A stretch of 43,895 bases of DNA, taken from contig NW_024705443.1 of assembly GCF_018977255.1 (NCBI RefSeq), forward strand, positions 1 through 43,895, in the 5' to 3' direction. Each line of letters begins with the position of its first letter. Position 1 is the stretch's first letter. Source of the DNA: Callorhinchus milii (lineage: Eukaryota). The notes beneath the pieces were generated by a model. The model did not search any database and had not been told where the DNA came from. It was given only the letters and a program-made list of their open reading frames with translations. Positions 1 through 12,519 of this stretch are shown here, piece by piece. The position numbers and the translations under genes were made by a program.

Positions 1-109
1 CGCATTATAATTTGCTGAATGTGCAATCTCAATGGATTGGAATAGCTATTTAACCGCACCATCCTAATCAAAACTCGTTGAGTATATTTATTGTTACAAT
101 TGTAAGCAT

Positions 110-641
110 TCGTTTCTCTGTTACATCAAGTTACATGTTTATTCATCATCATCATCATCACGATCAATGGGCAAAGGGCGCGTAGGTGTGAAGTGCCAAT
201 GTAGGCCAGGACGGGGGCTACGCATGGCACAAGGCCTCAACACGCCTATGCTAAGTACACATTTCCTTGCTTCTTACGCTAACAACTCACGTCCATTGTT
301 TATTATTGTTAAACACATTAGTTGACAAACATTACAATAATAATGTTTGTGTGCATATAAAACTCTGCTTCATTGTTTATCATTATGAAACAAGTTCACA
401 GATGTTACAATAATTATGTTTGCGTGAAGATAACTCAGGTTCATCGTTTACCATTATGATACGAGTTGACATGTTACAATAATTATGTTTGTGTACACAA
501 AACTCTTTTTGGATTTTTGGGTTGCTCAATTTCCCCTTTTTTTGCTGCGCTTTTATAACGCTTCGTTTCTCTGTTAGATCAAGTAGCATGTTATTCATCA
601 TCATCATGATCAATGGGCAAAGGGCGCGTAGGTGTGAAGTG
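110..641. repeat. ~85-bp imperfect direct repeat (110-196, 562-641) with a (CAT)n tract; possible LINE 3' tail on the minus strand
   Basis: TTCGTTTCTCTGTTA...(CAT)n-GATCAATGGGCAAAGGGCGCGTAGGTGTGAAGTGC occurs twice. Confidence 0.6.
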
Positions 642-1129
642 CACATTTTGTACTTCTGCGTATACCATAAACCATTACATAGGAAACACTACAACAAGAC
701 GAGCACTCGTGTGTGCATGTACATGTATTTGTGTGCATATGTATGTAGGTACAAACGTGCGTGTTCGCAGTGGAACGCAATCCTAGTTGACGTACAATGC
801 TTTGTATGTACACTCGTGTGTTTATGTACACTGCGTTGCATATCTGTATGTACACCCCTGTATATGCACATTCGTGTGTATATGTATGCATATTCGTCTA
901 TGTTTATACACTGCTATGCCCACTCGTGTGTGGGTGTGTGTACAAGGGAGTGTATGTGTGTACTCGTGTAAGCATGTGTCGTGGAACACACAACTTATTT
1001 TCATATTGTGTCGTACAAAGAATTGAGGGGCAACGTGGTGATGAATGCGGCACCACAACAGGGAACTACAGGGATGAGACTCCCCGCTCGTGGTGCTAAA
1101 TTAATGAAAACAGCGCCACTGAGCGGACA

Positions 1130-1220
1130 GAGCCCCGCCCCTACAGCTCGTGCGTGTGACGTCATGAGTGTGACGTCATGAGTGTGATCAGCGGACAGCC
1201 ACGATGCTGCCAGGTGAGGG
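1130..1220 (+). promoter_or_regulatory. GC-box plus tandem CRE (TGACGTCA) module; copies at ~5545-5635, 10140-10490, 33930-34020(-), 38480-38570(-)
   Basis: GCCCCGCCCC followed by 14-bp TGACGTCATGAGTG repeats and a CAG|GTGAGG donor-like site in a CpG-rich patch. Function is inferred only. Confidence 0.4.
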
Positions 1221-1351
1221 TAAACTTGTGTGCTGGAGATGCTTCACCTGAAACTCGCCTCCACACGTGTTCGCTATGAACATTGTAGCAATAAGGGACG
1301 ATTAGTCATCTTTAACATGTCAGGTCTTTATTGTTCTGCAAGTAAATTAAC

Positions 1352-1555
1352 CTTCTTGGTTCTTTCGGTAAAGTCACGAAGAAGGGAAATAATAATAATA
1401 AAAATAAAACATAATACAATTATTTTATTATGTTTTATTTTCTTCTTCATCTTCTTGGTTCTTTCGGTAAAGTCACGTAGAAGGGAAATAAAAAATAATA
1501 AAATAATTTATAATAAATTTTATTTTTTATTTTTATTTTTTTTATTCCCTTCTTC
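1352..1555 (-). repeat. AT-rich Penelope-like tail module repeats (also ~5767-5960, 10623-10870, 12179-12276, 37750-38345, 41130-41228)
   Basis: Recurrent TTCTTGGTTCTTTCGGTAAAGTCACGTAGAAGGGAAATAATAA motif, the same sequence that lies 3' of the hammerhead motifs. Confidence 0.65.
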
Positions 1556-2543
1556 AATAAGGGACGATTAGTCATCTTTAACATGTCAGGTCTTTATTGT
1601 TCTGCAAGTAAATTAAGTTAAAACTCGTAGAAACACATGCACACTCGTGTGTGAATGCACACCGCTGTATAGACAGTCGTGTTTATAAGCACACTTGTGT
1701 GTGTATGTCTACTCGTCCGTGTTTTTTAAGGAAGGATATGGTTGAAATAACGTACGATCAGTCATCTTTAAAAACAATTCAGGTCTTTATTAATCTGCAA
1801 GAAAATTCACGTTAATACTCGTATCGAAATCTTTATTAATACGCATGCTCAAACAGGAAGGAACTAGGCAAATTATTTCCCAATTTCAACAGTTAAAACA
1901 TATTCTTAAAATCTAACACGTAAACGTCGATTTCCCCATTGACGTCCTTTTCGACTGAAGCCATTCGTCCAGAAGTCCAAGCCATCAAACACAAGAACAA
2001 CGAACGTGCAATCCACGCACACTCTGAAACCTATTATTTTAAGTTATTTATTACTAAACAATGATAAAAAATTAAAATATTGAGCAAAGTTGTGATCACA
2101 GTATTTCTCCAACTTTAGCTCAACAAAACCACTTAACCACGAGAGTAAAATTAGAAATTGAACCACCACACAACCACTGCGCTTCACAACACATCAACAA
2201 GTAGTCCGATAGGACTACAAAGCACCACCTTAACGTGACGAAGTCTAGAATAAACTTTAACACGCAATTAGCTGTGAGAAGATGACATGGCACCTTCTAC
2301 CATAAACACCAACATTTACCAGTCCCGATGATACAACCACCAGACGAAGCAACGCATCTATAGAAGTATAACATTGTTGTCATCCTGAAATAAGTGAACA
2401 CTTCTGGAACTTAAAAGGAATACTTTCATCTGAACACATTATAGAGCATTCACAACATCACTCTAGCTCGGAGTACTGGAAATCACTGAAAAAATATATC
2501 TAAGAGACACGAATATACACAGGGCAACAGTTAACAGATGTAC

Positions 2544-3373
2544 TCAATACGTTTGAGTCTTCAGCCACTCCACTACATCCAGCCATCTCTCCGGATCCAA
2601 CTTCATGGGGTCGAAAGAGGAATTGTCGTCAGCGCTGATTACATCCACTACATCTCGCCATCTTTCAGGATCCACCTGCATAGGTTCGAAAGATGCATTT
2701 TTTCAGGACTCATTGCAGCACTTTGAATTCTACATTTTGATTTCACTTCCCTATCATTGCGGATCTTCTGGTGCTTGTTTCGGGGTGATGGCCGTGAACA
2801 TGTCCTCTCCCTCGTAGAGCAATGAAATGGCTTCTAGCCCGAGTGTGTTTTCTTGTGACTGAAGATTTTATTTCCGTGAAAATGCCTTCCCGCACACAGC
2901 GCAATTGAATGGCTTCTCGTTCGTGTGTGTTTTCTGGTGTCTCTTTAGATGTGATTTCTCCGCAAATGCCTTCCCACAAACAGAGCAACTGAATGGCTTC
3001 TCACCCGAGTGTGTTTTCTGGTGTCTGTTAAGATGTGATTTATGTGAAAATGCCTTCCCACACGCAGAGCATTTGAATGGCTTCTCGCCCGTGTGTGTCT
3101 TCTGGTGATCGTTAAGATTCGATTTCCGTGAAAATGCCTTCCCACACACAGAGCAATTGAACGGCTTCTCGCCCGCGTGTTTTATGGTGTCTGTTAAGAT
3201 GGGATTTCCGTGAAAATGCCTTCCCACACACAGAGCAACTGAACGGCTTCTCGCCCGCGTGTTTTATGGTGTCTGTTAAGATGGATTTCCGTGAAAATGC
3301 CTTCCCACACAGAGCAATTGAACGGCTTCTCGCCCGTGTGTGCGTGGCGATGTGGATAGTTTATCTGCTCCAT
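2544..3373 (-). pseudogene. C2H2 zinc-finger array gene, copy 1 (~6 finger units; frameshifts and a nonsense codon in the last finger)
   Basis: Repeated [29 protein letters not shown] units (ORF 2868..3227). ATG of MEQIN at 3373. Short deletions in fingers 1-2; TAA at 2870..2868 (RK*). Tail homologous to copy 6 down to ~2544. Confidence 0.85.
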
Positions 3374-4539
3374 GTGACTGATTCTTCAGAGCAGAGTAAC
3401 AGTCGCGGGTGTTGTTGAGAGTTAAAGGCACCCTCTAAGCTGCGTGGATGTCTGTCTCAAATCGCCAAAAAGCAAACTCTCACTAACGTCTAACCGACAC
3501 ACAGTAACGTCTCGTAAGTCGGGCTACACGCGACTACCAGTTGTATCCACTAACGAAGACACTTACTTGTTGATGCACGGCGTGTCGATGTCCCTGTAAC
3601 CCGTCTGAAGAGATCGCCACGAACTCTCCCAGTCGCCAGGCAATCGAGCTCGCCAGGCTGGGTCTCGCAGGAGAAGGGTAATCTGCAGAGCGAGAGTTGC
3701 GCGTCTATCCTCAGTGAAATCCCTCTCGAAATGGTCTTGAGGTCTGATTTTAAGCCCCTTATAACTCCCCTCTAGCATTCAATTCCTTTGTTCTCGTCTT
3801 GGATTATCATCGACTTTGCATTCAATTGTTAATTTTACATTAACAATCCGCATATGTAGCAACATAGCTTAGCTAATCCGGCCATTGCAATTTAACCTTA
3901 ATACATATGCATATCTCACTGCATAATTGTATGCTTCCGTTTAAATAAAGATATACATATCCATGCATAATTCGTGCTTCGTGATAATTTGCCAATATTC
4001 ACCCGACAATGTCCTTTAAACTGAAGCAAGTTTAGAGGATTTAACATCGACATACAGTCTGAAGTATCAAAATGCTGATGTCCAGTTCGATTTCGACTAA
4101 GAGGTACAAATATATACTGTACTGACTTTGTTTTAAAAAAATATATTTAAGTATTTGTGTTGATATGAGCGCGTCAGTAAATCAAGGTGATTTGTTTAAT
4201 TTAATTCACGACAATTATTACGATTGCTGTCATACACTTTTATTGATAATCGAAATTGTATCGCTTGTAAGCGTGTGTGAGCAATGTCTTTCTCCAACTT
4301 TAGCTCAACAAGACCACTTAACAACGAGAGTAAAATCAGGAATTGAAACACCTCACAACCAATGCGCATCACACTACATCAACAAGTAATCCGATAGGAC
4401 TACGAAGCACCACCTTAACGTGACAAAGTTTGGAATCAACAAGACAGCACGCTCACATCATTTGCTGTGCAATAATTACAACACATGCCACCTTCTAGCA
4501 TAAGCACCAGCCATTACAGCAGGGAACTGTAGCCATGTG

Positions 4540-4978
4540 TATGGACATGGGTGTGTACTTCTCTGTGGGTATATTCGTGTGTATGTGCACTCGTGTGTGT
4601 ATTTACACTCGTTCATGGACACGTGTGGGTCTGTACACGTGTGTGTATGTATGTACAATCGTGTGTGCTCGCATATTTGTGTGTGTTGAAACGCAATCCC
4701 TGAGCATGCACACTGCTGTATACGTGCACATGTGTTTATGTATATTGCTGTGTGCAATTACACTGTGCATGTATCTACACCCCGATGCATTTACACTCAT
4801 TTGTGCATCTATACATATGTGTGTATGTATAGATGCACAAATGGGTGTACGCACTCGTGTATGCATGTGCACCCGTGTGTGTATGTACAAAGCGGTGTGT
4901 ATGCACATTCGTGCATTTTCCTACAGCACTGTGTATGTCCACTCGTGTGTGGGTGTGTGTACAACGGAGTGTATATGT
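4540..4978. repeat. Degenerate alternating purine-pyrimidine (TG/CA/TA) tract; also ~705-985, 30860-31105, 34580-35025, 38720-39030
   Basis: GTGTGTATGTACAC-type low complexity; source of the spurious C/V/Y/M- and H/T-rich ORFs. Confidence 0.85.
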
Positions 4979-5276
4979 GGGGAGCGGTGGTGTAGCGGTT
5001 AGCGCGCTGCGCTATGAACCGGCGACACGGGTTCGATTCCCGCTCACGGCCAACACCAGTGACGATTATCTGAACCGGTCCCGGGCCTCCCCTAGGTCGA
5101 CTCAGCCTCAAATGAGTACCTGGTGCGGTGTGTAAACATCGCCACTGGGGAGACAAAGGCGGTCGGGCGTGGTGCTGGCCACCACCCCCTCGTGTACCGT
5201 TCCGGCCTTCATAGGTGCTCGCTAACAGCACTTGCCCCTACAGTCTGTTAAGGCTATACGGGGGATCTTTATCTTT
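4979..5276 (+). mobile_element. tRNA-derived SINE with Nin/Deu-like central domain
   Basis: Pol III box A TGGTGTAGCGG and box B GGTTCGATTCC. Core GTCGACTCAGCCT-AAATGAGTACCTGG...AAAGGCGGTCGGGCGT-GCTGGCCAC resembles the Nin/Deu SINE core. CTTTATCTTT end; empty paralogous sites exist. Confidence 0.8.
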
Positions 5277-6300
5277 GTGTGTACAAAGCGGGGTGGATGC
5301 ACATTCGTGCATTTTTCTCCACCGCTGTGTATGTCCACTCGTGTGTGGGTGTGTGTACAAGGGAGTGTATATGTGTACTCGTGTAAGTATGTGTAGTGGA
5401 ACACACAACTTATTTTCATATCGTGTCGTACAAAGAATTGAGGGGCAACGTGGTGATGAATGCGGCACCACAACAGGGAACTACAGGGATGAGACTCCCC
5501 GCTCGTGGTGCTAAATTAATGAAAACAGCGCCACTGAGCGGACAGAGCCCCGCCCCTACAGCTCGTGCGTGTGACGTCATGAGTGTGACGTCATGAGTGT
5601 GATCAGCGGACAGCCACGATGCTGCCAGGTGAGGGTCAACTTGTGTGCTGGAGATGCTTCACCTGAAACTCGCCTCCACGCGTGTTCGCTATGAACATTG
5701 TAGCAATAAGGGACGATTAGTCATCTTTAACATGTCAGGTCGTTATTGTTCTGCAAGTAAATTAACCTTTTTGGTTCTTTCGGTAAAGTCAGGTAGAAGG
5801 GCAATAATAAAATAATAATAAAACATAATAATTTAATAAAGTTATTTTTATTCAGTTTTAAAATTAATATTTTATTATTTAATTAAAATAAAACATGATA
5901 AAATTATTTTATAACAAAGAATTAGTTTTTATTTTTATTATTTTATTATTCCCTTCTTCAATAAGGGACGATTAGTTATCTTAAAAACAATTCAGGTCTT
6001 TATTAATCTACAAGAAAATTCACGTTAACACTCGTATCGAAATCTTTATTAATACGCATGCTCAAACAGGAAGGAACTAGGCAGATGATTTCCCAATAGG
6101 AATTCAACAGTTATAACATATTCCTAAAATCTAACACGTAAACGTCGATTTCCCCATTGACGTCCTTTTCGACTGAAGCCATTCGTCCAGAAGTCCAAGC
6201 CATCAAACACAAGAACAACGAACGTGCAATCCACGAACACTCTGAAACTAATTATTTTAAGTTATTTTGTTTATTACACAATGATAAACATTTTTAAGAA

Positions 6301-6461
6301 CATCTTCTTGGTTATTTCAGTAAAGTCACGTAGAATGGAAATAATAAAATAATATAAATAAAACATCTTAAATATTATTATTTTATTATTTCCAATATTT
6401 TTGACTTTACCGTAAGAACCAAGAAGATGAATCCCTGCAGTCACGAAAGCTTAAATCGAAA
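6301..6461. mobile_element. Fold-back insertion of the Penelope-like tail module
   Basis: CATCTTCTTGGTT...GTAAAGTCA is inverted against TGACTTTAC...AACCAAGAAGATG. TTAAGAACAT occurs on both sides; absent from other units. Confidence 0.55.
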
Positions 6462-6864
6462 ATTAAGAACATTTAAAATATTGAGCAAAGTTGTGATCAC
6501 AGTATTTCTCCAACTTTAAATCAACAAAACCACTTAACCACGAGAGTAAAATTAGAAATTGAACCACCACACAACCACTGCGCTTCACACACATCAACAA
6601 GTAGTCCGATAGGACTACAAAGCACCACCTTAACGTGACGAAGTCTAGAATAAACTTTAACACGCAATTAGCTGTGAAGATGACATGGCACCTTCTACCA
6701 TAAACACCGAACATTTACCAGTCCCGATGATACAACCACCAGACGAAGCAACGCATCTATAGAAGTATAACATTGTTGTCATCCTGAAATAAGTGAACAC
6801 TTCTGGAACTTAAAAGGAATACGTTCATCTGAACACATTATAGAGCATTCACAACATCACTCTA

Positions 6865-7107
6865 TTTCGATTTAAAGCTTTCGTGACTGCAGGGATCAAT
6901 CTTCTTGGTTCTTTTGGTAAAGTCACGTAGAAGTGAAGTAATAAAATAATAAAAATAAAACATAATAAAATAATTTTCACGACGTTTCGGCCACAACGCA
7001 AGCAGCCATCTTCAGGTGAAGAATAGGTCTGTCAAGTAGACAGAGTCTGAATGACTACTTGACGGACCTGTTCTCCACCTGACGACGGCTGCTTGCGTTG
7101 TGGCCGA
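6865..7107 (-). mobile_element. Penelope-like element terminal remnant with inverted hammerhead-bearing arms
   Basis: Absent from paralogous units (cf. 2451-2480). Flanked by a 12-bp duplication AACATCACTCTA (6853-6864, 7108-7119). 56-bp inverted arms at 6984-7039 and 7055-7110. Confidence 0.7.
6976..7020 (-). ncRNA. Minimal hammerhead ribozyme motif
   Basis: Minus strand reads TTCAC-CTGAAGA-T-GGCTGC-TTGCGTT-GTGGCC-GAAAC-GTC-GTGAA: CUGANGA and GAAA cores, 6-bp stem II, 5-bp stem I, GUC triplet. Confidence 0.75.
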
Positions 7108-7225
7108 AACATCACTCTAGCTTGGAGTACTGGAAATCACGGAAATAATAATTCGTACCTTATTAACTGATCTAACAGAGACACAAACATGCACATTCCA
7201 GGACTTCAAGAGTTAACAGAAGTAC

Positions 7226-8531
7226 TCAAAACTTTGACTCTCCAGCCATTCCAGCAGCCATATCTCAGTATCCACCTGCATGGGGTCGAAAGAGGAATTG
7301 TCGCAGGGCTCATTACATCCAGCAACCTCTCAGGATCCAACTGCATGAGGTCGAAAGAGAATTGTTGTCAGGACTCATGACATCCACTACATCTAGGCAT
7401 CTCTCAGGATTCACCTGTATAGGTTCGAAAGATGCATTTTTTCAGGACTCATTGCAGCACTTTGCATTACACCTTTTGATTTCACTTCTCTATCATTGCG
7501 GATCTTCTGATGCTTGTTTCGGGTGATGACCGTGAAAATGTCCTCTCCCTCGTAGAGTAATTGAATGGCTTTTCACCCGAGTGTGTTTTCTGGTGCCTGT
7601 GAAGAGCTGACATCCATGTAAATGACTTCCCACAAAGAGAGCACTTGAATGGCTTCTCGCCTGAGTGTATTTTCTGGTGACTGTTAAGATTTGATTTCCA
7701 TGCAAATGCCTTCCCACAAAGAGAGCACTTAAATGGCTTCCCACCCGAGTGTATTTTTTGATGACTGTGAAGATGTGATTTCTGTGAAAATGCCTTCCTA
7801 CACACAGAGCACTTGAATGGCTTCTCACCCGTGTGTGTCTTTGGTGAGTATTTAGAGTTGATTTCTGTGAAAATGCCTTCAAACAAACAGAGCAATTGAA
7901 CGGCTTCTCACCCGAGTGTGTTTTCTGGTGAGTGTTAAGATTGATTTTTGAGCAAATGCCTTCCACAAACAGAGCACCTGAATGGCTTCTCGCCCGTGTG
8001 TCTTTCTGGTGTCTGTTAAGATGTGGTTTACGTGAAAATGCCTTCCCACACACAGAGCACTTGAACAGCTTCTCGCCTGTGTGTGTTTTCTGGTGTCTGT
8101 TAAGATGTGATTTCTCGCAAATGCCTTCCCACACACAGAGCACTTGAACGGCTTCTCGCCTGTGTGTGTTTTCTGGTGACTGTGAAGATATGATTTCTCT
8201 GCAAATGCCTTCAAACAAACAGAGCACTTGAATGGCTTCTCGCCCGTGTGTGTTTTCTGGTGTCTGTTAAGAGTTGATTTCTCCGCAAATGCCTTCCCAC
8301 ACAGAGCAATTGAATGGCTTCTTGCCCGAGTGTGTTTTCTGGTGAGTGTGAAGATGTGACTTCCTTGCAAATGCCTTCCCACAACAGAGCAATTGAACGG
8401 CTTCTCGCCCGAGTGTGTTTTCTGGTGAGTGTGAAGATTGATTTCAGTGAAAATGCCTTCCCACACACAGAGCAATTGAACGGCTTCTCGCCCGTGTGTG
8501 CGTGGCGCTGTGGAGAGTTCATCTGCTCCAT
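7226..8531 (-). pseudogene. C2H2 zinc-finger array gene, copy 2 (~11 fingers, many 1-2 bp frameshifts as assembled)
   Basis: Fingers are spread across ORFs 8211..8531, 7879..8589, 7493..8227 and 7482..7895, with TGEKPF linkers and ~84-bp periodicity. May be intact if the indels are consensus errors. Confidence 0.85.
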
Positions 8532-9571
8532 GTGACTGATTCTTCAGAGCAGAGTAACAGTCGCGGGTGTTGTTGAGAGTTAAAGGCACCCTCTAAGCTG
8601 CGTGGATGTCTGGCTCAAATCGCCAAAAAGCAAACTCTCACTAACGTCTAACCGACACACATTAACGTCTCGTAAGTCGGGCTACACGCGACTACCAGTT
8701 TTATCCACTAACGAAGACACTTACTTGTTGATGCACGGCGTGTCGATGTCCCTGTAACCCGTCTGAAGAGATCGCTACGAACTCTCCCAGTCGCCAGTCA
8801 ATCGGGCTCGCCAGGCTGTGTCTCGCAGGAGAAGGGTAATCTGCAGAGCGAGGAGTTGCGCGTCTATCCTCAGTGAAATCCCTCTCGAAATGGTCTTGAG
8901 GTCTGATTTTAAGCCCCTTATAACTCCCCTCTAGCATTCAAATCCTTTGTTTCGTCTTGGATTATCATAGACTTTGCATTCAATTGTTAATTTTTACATT
9001 AACAATCCGCATATGTAGCAACATAGCTTCGCTAATCCGGCCATTGTAATTTAACCTTAATACATATGCATATCTCACTGCATAATTGTACGCTTCCGTT
9101 TAAATAAATATCTACATATCCATGCATTATTCCGTGTTTCGTGTTAATTTGCCAATATTCACCCGACAATGTCTTTTAAACTGATGCAAGTTTAGAGGAT
9201 TTAACATCGACATAGAGTCTGAAGTATCAAAATGCTGATGTCCAGTTTGATTTTGACTAAGAGGTGCAAATGTATAGTGTACTGACTTTGTTTTATAAAA
9301 AATATTTAAGTATTTGTGTTGATTTGAGCGCGTCAGTAAATCAAGGTGATTTGTTTAATTTAATTCACGACAATTATTACGATTGATCTCAAACACTTTT
9401 ATTGATAATCGAAATGGTATGGCTTGTAAGCGTGTGTAAGCAAAGTCTTTCTCCAACTTTAGCTCAACAAGACCACTTAACAAAGCGGTGTGTATGCACA
9501 TTCGTGCATTTCCCTACAGCACTGTGTAAGTCCACTCGTGTGTGGGTGTGTGTACAAGGGAGTGTATATGT

Positions 9572-9870
9572 GGGGAGCTGTGGTGTAGCGGTTAGCGCGC
9601 TGCGCTATGAACCCGGTGACACGGGTTCGATTCCCGCTCACGGCCAACACCAGTGACGATTATCTGAACCGGTCCCGGGCCTCCCCTAGGTCGACTCAGC
9701 CTCAAATGAGTACCTGGTGCGGTGTGTAAACATTGCCACTGGGGAGACAAAGGCGGTCGGGCGTGGTTCTGGCCACCACCCCCTCGTTTACCGTTGCGGC
9801 CTTCACAGGTGCTCGCTAACAGCACTTGCCCCTACAGTCTGTTAAGGCTATACGGGGGATCTTTATCTTT
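9572..9870 (+). mobile_element. tRNA-derived SINE (same insertion, duplicated with the unit)
   Basis: Near-identical to 4979..5276, same insertion point. Confidence 0.8.
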
Positions 9871-10165
9871 GTGTGTACAAAGCGGGGTGGATGCACATTC
9901 GTGCATTTTTCTACACCGCTGTGTATGTAAACTCGTGTGTGGGTGTGTGTACAAGGGAGTGTACATGTGTACTCGTGTAACTATGTGTAGTGGAACACAC
10001 AACTTATTTTCATATTGTGTCGTACAAAGAATTGAGGGGCAACGTGGTGATGAATGCGGCACCACAACAGGGAACTACAGGGATGAGACTCCCCGCTCGT
10101 GGTGCTAAATTAATGAAAACAGCGCCACTGAGCGGACAGAGCCCCGCCCCTACAGCTCGTGCGTG

Positions 10166-10235
10166 TGACGTCATGAGTGTGACGTCATGAGTGCGACGTC
10201 ATGAGTGCGACGTCATGAGTGCGACGTCATGAGTG
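10166..10235 (+). repeat. 14-bp minisatellite (T/C)GACGTCATGAGTG x5; three more copies at 10414-10455
   Basis: Read directly; other units have two copies. Confidence 0.95.
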
Positions 10236-11411
10236 TGATAACAAAATAATTTTAGGAAGTAATTTGATTCAGATTTAAATGTATTATTTAATTATTTTAT
10301 TAAAATAAAACATAATAATATTATTTTAGAAATGTTTTTTTTATTTTCATTATTTTATTATTTTCCTTCTTCAATAAGGGACGATTAGTCACCTTTAGCA
10401 TGTCAGGTCTTTGTGACGTCATGAGTGTGACGTCATGAGTGTGACGTCACGAGTGTGATCAGCGGACAGCCACGATGCTGCCAGGTGAGGGTCAACTTGT
10501 GTGCTGGAGATGCTTCACCTGAAACTCGCCTCCACACGTGTTCGCTATGAACATTGTAGCAATAAGGACGATTAGTCATCTTTAACATGTCAGGTCTTTA
10601 TTGTTCTGCAAGTAAATGAACCTTCTTGGTTCATTCGGTAAAGTCACGTAGAAGGGAAATAATAAAATAATAAAAATATTAAATTAATTTTATAAATTAA
10701 TTTTATTCTGTTTTAAATTACATTTTTATTATTTAATGAAAATAGAACATTATAAAAAATTGTTATAATTTTTTTATTATGTTTTATTTTTATTAAATAA
10801 TAAAACATAATAAAAACATTTTTATTTTTTTAAATTGTTTTATTTTTATTATTTTTTAATTTCCGTTCTTCAATAAGGGACGATTAGTCATCTTTAACAT
10901 GTCAGGTCTTTATTGTTCTGAAAGTATATTAAAGTTAAAACTCATAGAAACACATGCACTCTCGTGTGTGAATGCACACTGCTGTATAGACAGTCGTGTT
11001 TATAAGCACACTTGTGTGTGTATGTCTACTCGTCCGTGTTTTTTCTAAGGAAGGATATGGTTGAAATAACGTACGATCAGTTATCTTTAAAAACAATTCA
11101 GGTCTTTATTAATCTGCAAGAAAATTCACGTTACCACTCGTATCGAAATCTGTATTAATACGCATGCTCAAATAGGAAGGAACTAGGCAAATTATTTCCC
11201 AATAGGAATTCAACAGTTAAAACATATTCTTAAAATCTAACACGTAAACGTCGATTTCCCCATTGACGTCCTTTTCGACTGAAGCCAAGTTTATGACAGA
11301 AATTATAACAAAACACACTTGTTTGTTAAAAGCACCATTGATCAACACGAGTGTCCTTAAATATGTTTATTAAACAGGTTCAGAACAGTATTAACTTGCA
11401 CCTATTAGTCC

Positions 11412-12180
11412 ATAATGGGGCCGGCTAGTTTTTTTTGGCTAGTCCCGTGTGTGTTTGTTGTGTGAGGTGTCTTGATAGCAGTCGTTCTCCACTGTAGTCC
11501 TGGCATCTGCTGCTCAGATTCCTTCCACAGCTGTGGTCCCAGTGGCACCGTCTCTCCGGGGGGGAACCATGTGGTGTGTGTGGGTGTGTGCCTGGGATGT
11601 GTCACGGGGTGGGTGGGTAGTCTGGTGATAGTGGTCATGGTTGGCAGCGATCCACGACCACAACAACCACCCCTACTGTGTGGTGGACATGCCACCACAA
11701 AGCAGCACGCGGCGGAGGAGTGAGGTGATCGCTCTCGCCACGCGAGCAAGGCCCCCTCGCTTCCTCTTCTTTCCCTGCATCAACAACAACAACAATAACC
11801 GCCATTCGCCACTAAGTGGCGGTGACGTCACCACGACGCTTGTGCCAGGCCAAGTGCACCTTGAGGCTACCACGTGAAGTGTCGAACGCCCGCTGGCAGG
11901 AGGTCACGGGGCAGACCCAGTAGGTGCCACGGGTCGACTGACCGAGATTACCGAGATGACTGGCTGATGCACCACCTGTGCCCCCTACTGTACCAACTTG
12001 CTGTGCTTTAGCCACCCGGCGCTCCGCTCGTTGTTGTGAGCGTCGCTCCTCCGCCCTCCGTTGTTGTTGGAGGGCGACTGCCTCCAACTGCCCAGTAGCG
12101 TCCTTCACGAGCCTGCATCACCACCTCCACCACCTGCACCTCCTCCACCTCCTCCTTTGTCTCGTCCTCCATCTCTTCCG
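11412..12180 (-). mobile_element. Probable 3' fragment of a non-LTR retrotransposon (RTE-like C-terminus with a single C2H2 finger, plus 3' UTR)
   Basis: RLVKDATGQLE...RRAEERRSQQRAERR...CPVTSCQRAFDTSRGSLKVHLAWH resembles the basic helix plus terminal finger of RTE-type ORFs. GC-rich insert interrupting the unit's upstream region. Confidence 0.45.
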
Positions 12181-12519
12181 TCGTGAGAATTATTTTATTA
12201 TGTTTTATTTTTATTATTTTATTACTTCCCTTCTACGTGACTTTACCGAAAGAGCCATGAGGATGAATCCCTGCAGTTTAGAGGGCATTGTCGGGTGAAT
12301 ATTAGCAAATTCACAGGAAGCACGGAATTATGCATGGAGATGTATGTAATTATTCAAGCAGAAGTGTACAATTACGCAGTAGGATGTACATACGTATTAA
12401 GGTTAAATTACAATGGCCAGATTCGCTAAGCTATGTTGCTACATATGCGGATTGTTAATGTAGAAATTAACAATTGAATGCAAAGTCTATGATAATCCAA
12501 GACGAGAACAAAGGATTGA

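Noticed and set aside
489..1099. Long C/V/Y/M- and H/T-rich ORFs (also 4476-5514, 30749-31109, 34495-35083, 38599-39128)
   Set aside because: Artefacts of alternating purine-pyrimidine tracts, which lack stop codons in several frames.
2905..3145. Antisense and off-frame ORFs over the ZF arrays
   Set aside because: Shadow frames of the 84-bp finger repeat.
4979..5053. Functional tRNA gene
   Set aside because: Boxes A and B are present, but the acceptor and anticodon stems do not pair properly and the sequence runs into a SINE body.
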